From contig OZ242010.1 in assembly GCA_965204745.1 (NCBI GenBank), positions 5,376,001-5,440,000 of the forward strand: a stretch of DNA of 64,000 nucleotides, in the 5' to 3' direction. Positions 60,982 through 64,000 of this stretch are shown here, in pieces. Source of the stretch: Candidatus Latescibacterota bacterium. GTDB taxonomy: Bacteria; Latescibacterota; UBA2968. Each line of letters opens with the position of its first letter. Positions within the stretch are counted from its first letter, which is position 1. The notes under the pieces were generated by a model that saw only the letters and a list, made by a program, of their open reading frames with translations, ran no database searches and was not told the origin of the DNA. The position numbers were made by a program, and so were the translations under genes.

Positions 60982-61041
60982 GACTCTCCCGTATCGCCTT
61001 TCACCTCTTGCCTTTCACCTCTTGCGTCTCCCGTCTTACCC

Positions 61042-62988
61042 TCATTCTATCGCAAAGTGAATGTCGTCTGCCCATGGATCGACTCGCGTGAGGCGGGCGG
61101 TTATGTGGTCGCCGGGGCGAAGGGGCGAGGGTGGGCGGGCGTCAACTTGCAGGGCCAAGGTGAGGATTTCGATTCGGGCGCGTTGTTCCCGAACATCCAA
61201 AACGAGTGCGTCGAATGTCTGGCCTTTGTGTTGCGCGAGGTGGTGATAGACCCAGTAGCGTTCGCGGCGGCGTTCCAAGCGGCTGATCAGGCGCAACCGT
61301 TCTTCGATTTCGGGCCGCAACGCGGTCAGTGCATCAAACGAATAGGGCGGGGCCTCGTCGTTGAGAATCGCCACGAGTTGCCGCTGTGAGACCAGATCGA
61401 CAAATCGCCGCAGGGGGGAAGTGACCTGGCAATAGGGTTCGACGCCCAATCCCCCGTGAAGGCCCGGCTCTAATGACATGGCCGCAGCGCGCATGCGCGT
61501 CAAGACCCGATAGCGGTGCAACAACTCGTTGTGCGTGGGTTCTAAATCGGAGAGGTCGGGCATGTCTTGGATGCGAAAAATCGCCGGGGCATTTTGATCG
61601 ACACACAATTTTGCGGCTTCGACATTGGCCTTGACCATCAACTCGCTGACCAGCACATCGGCCCGGGAATCGCGCGGTTTGACCGCGATATCCACCCTGC
61701 CATCGGCCGAGACCTGCACGCGGCGGGTGACTTGATCCACGGCGATGGCACCTGCTTCTACGCGCTGGATCAAAAGCGATTCTGCCGCGTGGAACAGGGC
61801 GGACAACATCGCGTGCCGCGGATGCGTCTCATCGTCGAGAATCGCATCCACATCCTCGTAACTCAATTTCTCGCAACACCGGATCGCGGACAGTGCCCAA
61901 GTCGGCGTTGTCGCGACGCCATCGCGCCCCACATCCCACAACAAACTGACGGTCAACCGAGTTTCACGCGGCAACAGACTGCCCAGATTTTCCGAGAGAT
62001 CGGGCGGCAGCATGGGAAAAGTCGCCTCGGGCAAGTACAGACTGGCCCCGCGGCTTTGGGCGGCTTCATCCAAGGCGGACCGCACCGGGATCAGCGCGGC
62101 AACGTCGGTAATATGCACCCCCACTTGAACCCCGCCATCTTCCCGAAATTGAATGGACACCGCGTCATCCATGTCGGTCGTGGATGCGTGGTCGATAGTC
62201 ACGGCGTCCAAAAACGTGAGGTCTTCGCGGTTTTCAAAAAGCGATTCGAGTTGTAGCGCGCCCGCTTCTTTGAGCACCACATCGGGGAAATCGAGATCGA
62301 AGTCCTCGCGCATCAGCTCGACAAAGGCGTGCTCGTCCCACAGACCTTCGGCGACGACGCGCAGGTATGCCCGCCGCGCAGAAATGGATTCGCCGGCCAT
62401 GCGTTCAAGCCAAGGCGCGTACCGGCTTCGTCCGCCGTACAGTGCCACGTCTTTTAACCGATCCATCCAGTCGGCATCCCCTTGCCCAGAACCGTTCAGC
62501 CACGCCAAAAACCGCTCGCGCTCGGCCTCTCGCGCTTTGGCGAGGGCGGCCATTTTCAGCCTGCGATCCACCTCTACCCGATTCGCAGCGTGAAACTTGC
62601 ACCCCGCGGCATCAAAATAAACACTTGTTTCCAAAGCGATTAAAAATGCCGACATTTGTTCGGGCGCGGGCGCGTGGGCGCAATACAATTCGGCCAATTC
62701 GCGCAAGTGCCAACCCTCGTCTTCTCCTACGATGAGTTCCCACAGTTCGCGGAGATCCATAGCCGCGCTGGCCCTTTCTGCGCGCTTGAACCACGCCTTG
62801 CCGGCGGATTTGTCCCGTCCGACGCGCCCTGTTGGTTGCAGGATGTTGTCGAGAGGCACATTGAGGGATGTTTTCGCAGAGACCGCAAATCTGGCTCTGG
62901 TATGCGAAATGTTGACACACACCCCCGCCAGCAACCGATTGCGGTAGCGAAACAAGACGATTTCGTTTTCTGTGGGTCGCGCATTCAT
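61042..62988 (-). CDS. RNB-domain exoribonuclease (RNase II/R family)
   Basis: TID...TTDMDDA, SLYLP, ELM..AN and H.GLG...Y...TSPLRR..DL motifs. Confidence 0.92.
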   Translation of the reverse strand: MNARPTENEIVLFRYRNRLLAGVCVNISHTRARFAVSAKTSLNVPLDNILQPTGRVGRDKSAGKAWFKRAERASAAMDLRELWELIVGEDEGWHLRELAELYCAHAPAPEQMSAFLIALETSVYFDAAGCKFHAANRVEVDRRLKMAALAKAREAERERFLAWLNGSGQGDADWMDRLKDVALYGGRSRYAPWLERMAGESISARRAYLRVVAEGLWDEHAFVELMREDFDLDFPDVVLKEAGALQLESLFENREDLTFLDAVTIDHASTTDMDDAVSIQFREDGGVQVGVHITDVAALIPVRSALDEAAQSRGASLYLPEATFPMLPPDLSENLGSLLPRETRLTVSLLWDVGRDGVATTPTWALSAIRCCEKLSYEDVDAILDDETHPRHAMLSALFHAAESLLIQRVEAGAIAVDQVTRRVQVSADGRVDIAVKPRDSRADVLVSELMVKANVEAAKLCVDQNAPAIFRIQDMPDLSDLEPTHNELLHRYRVLTRMRAAAMSLEPGLHGGLGVEPYCQVTSPLRRFVDLVSQRQLVAILNDEAPPYSFDALTALRPEIEERLRLISRLERRRERYWVYHHLAQHKGQTFDALVLDVREQRARIEILTLALQVDARPPSPLRPGDHITARLTRVDPWADDIHFAIE

Positions 62989-63051
62989 AAATACTCCACA
63001 AAACAAAACAGCAGACGAATGCCATCCGCCTGCCGCCGTGTCGAGACACCT

Positions 63052-63489
63052 CTAAAGGGTGGCTAACAACGCCTCTGGATGCGTGCGGGCATTGACATTG
63101 GCGTGTACTTGTGCGATCACGCCATCGGGTGCAATGACGTAGGTCATGCGTTTGGCCGCGCGGTCAGATGTCGATTGGCACGCGCCATAAGTTAGACAGA
63201 TTTCGCGTTTTGTGTCGCACAACAACGGGTAGCCAAAATTCTGTGCGGTTGCGAACTTGGCATTGGCAACACTATCGTCTGTGCTCACGCCCAAGAGTTG
63301 CACATTCTTGGCCGCATAGTCTTGGATTCGCGCCTGGAATCCCTGGCCTTCAGCCGTTCAGCCACCCGTGCTCGCCCTCGGATAAAACCAGAGCACGACG
63401 GTCTTGCCGCGATAATCGCTGAGCCTCACCTCATTGCCTGCGTGATCTTTGACCAAAAAATCAGGCGCGACATCACCAACAGCGAGCAT
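63052..63489 (-). CDS. bcp: Selenocysteine-containing peroxiredoxin (BCP/PrxQ family), 145 aa
   Basis: ATG 63489 with SD GAGGAGG; reads MLAVGDVAPDF...WFYPRASTGG-UGA-TAEG...LLGVSTD; the UGA (63358-63360) sits at the peroxidatic Cys position. Confidence 0.88.
63324..63342 (-). promoter_or_regulatory. Candidate bacterial SECIS hairpin
   Basis: GGATTC-CAGGCGC-GAATCC starting 15 nt 3' of the in-frame UGA. Confidence 0.6.
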
Positions 63490-63824
63490 AGTTCCTCCTC
63501 AAAAAAATGAACGTCTTTGCAAACGCAACCAATATAGGCAAATGGGGTATGGAAAACCAGAGGGAAATAAGCGGTTGGCGATCAGCCCTCCCCGCACCAC
63601 CCGGCCAAATGCGACTTGTTTTTTGACCGCTTGTTTCGCTAACCGCTGAAACAAGCCTTTACACCTGCTCTATTTTGTGTATCTTGGGATTGACACTGAC
63701 CACTTGAGGATGAACTGAGACTGACCAACCCTCTTACCTCTCCCGTCTCACGTCTCACCGAAGGGCGGTTGGGCGGGGCGGTGAGGCGGGATTCGTCTAT
63801 TCGCACTTTTTCCGAGGATAACCC

Positions 63825-64000
63825 ATGTTAATCATCGACAGCCATTTGGACCTCGCCTTTTGCGCCATTCAGGTCAACCGCGACCTCACGCAACCCGCGG
63901 CAACCGTGCGGGTTCACGATTCAGACGCGACCACGCGCAGTTTTGGGTCGTGTACGACCACGTTTCCCGAGTTGCACAAAGGCCATGTGGGGATTGTGTT
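63825..64000 (+). CDS. Membrane dipeptidase (M19) family protein, 5' part (runs off the window)
   Basis: MLIIDSHLDLA...NRDLT...TTFPEL..GHVGIV; open to the window end. Confidence 0.75.
   Translation, partial: MLIIDSHLDLAFCAIQVNRDLTQPAATVRVHDSDATTRSFGSCTTTFPELHKGHVGIV

Noticed and set aside
63052-63303. 83-aa stand-alone ORF or pseudogene
   Set aside because: It is the 3' part of the UGA-recoded peroxiredoxin

Overview
GC-rich bacterial chromosomal window with about 30 credible genes. Gene content (sulfatase, two PhyH-like dioxygenases, TPR/NHL/HEAT/Fn3 repeat proteins, GH32, TA and RM genes) resembles host-associated (e.g. sponge-symbiont) bacteria; this is inference only. The window is dominated by a 17.4-kb giant surface-protein gene (5 GLUG-like modules, about 24 Fn3 repeats, Calx-beta/Ig-like repeats, dockerin-like tail). 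It has a poly-C leader ORF at the 5' end and a 5-bp duplication frameshift at the 3' end. Other notable items: an Eco57I-type RM methyltransferase with an antitoxin-like tail upstream of a frameshifted PIN toxin; a hicAB cassette flanked by 40-bp direct repeats whose hicA is split by a ~341-nt highly structured insert; a selenocysteine peroxiredoxin missed by the ORF track; tRNA-Val(GAC); and nested intergenic repeats, including a ~30-nt micro-element with a consistent junction rule. All calls come from reading the sequence by eye; no searches or folding programs were run.
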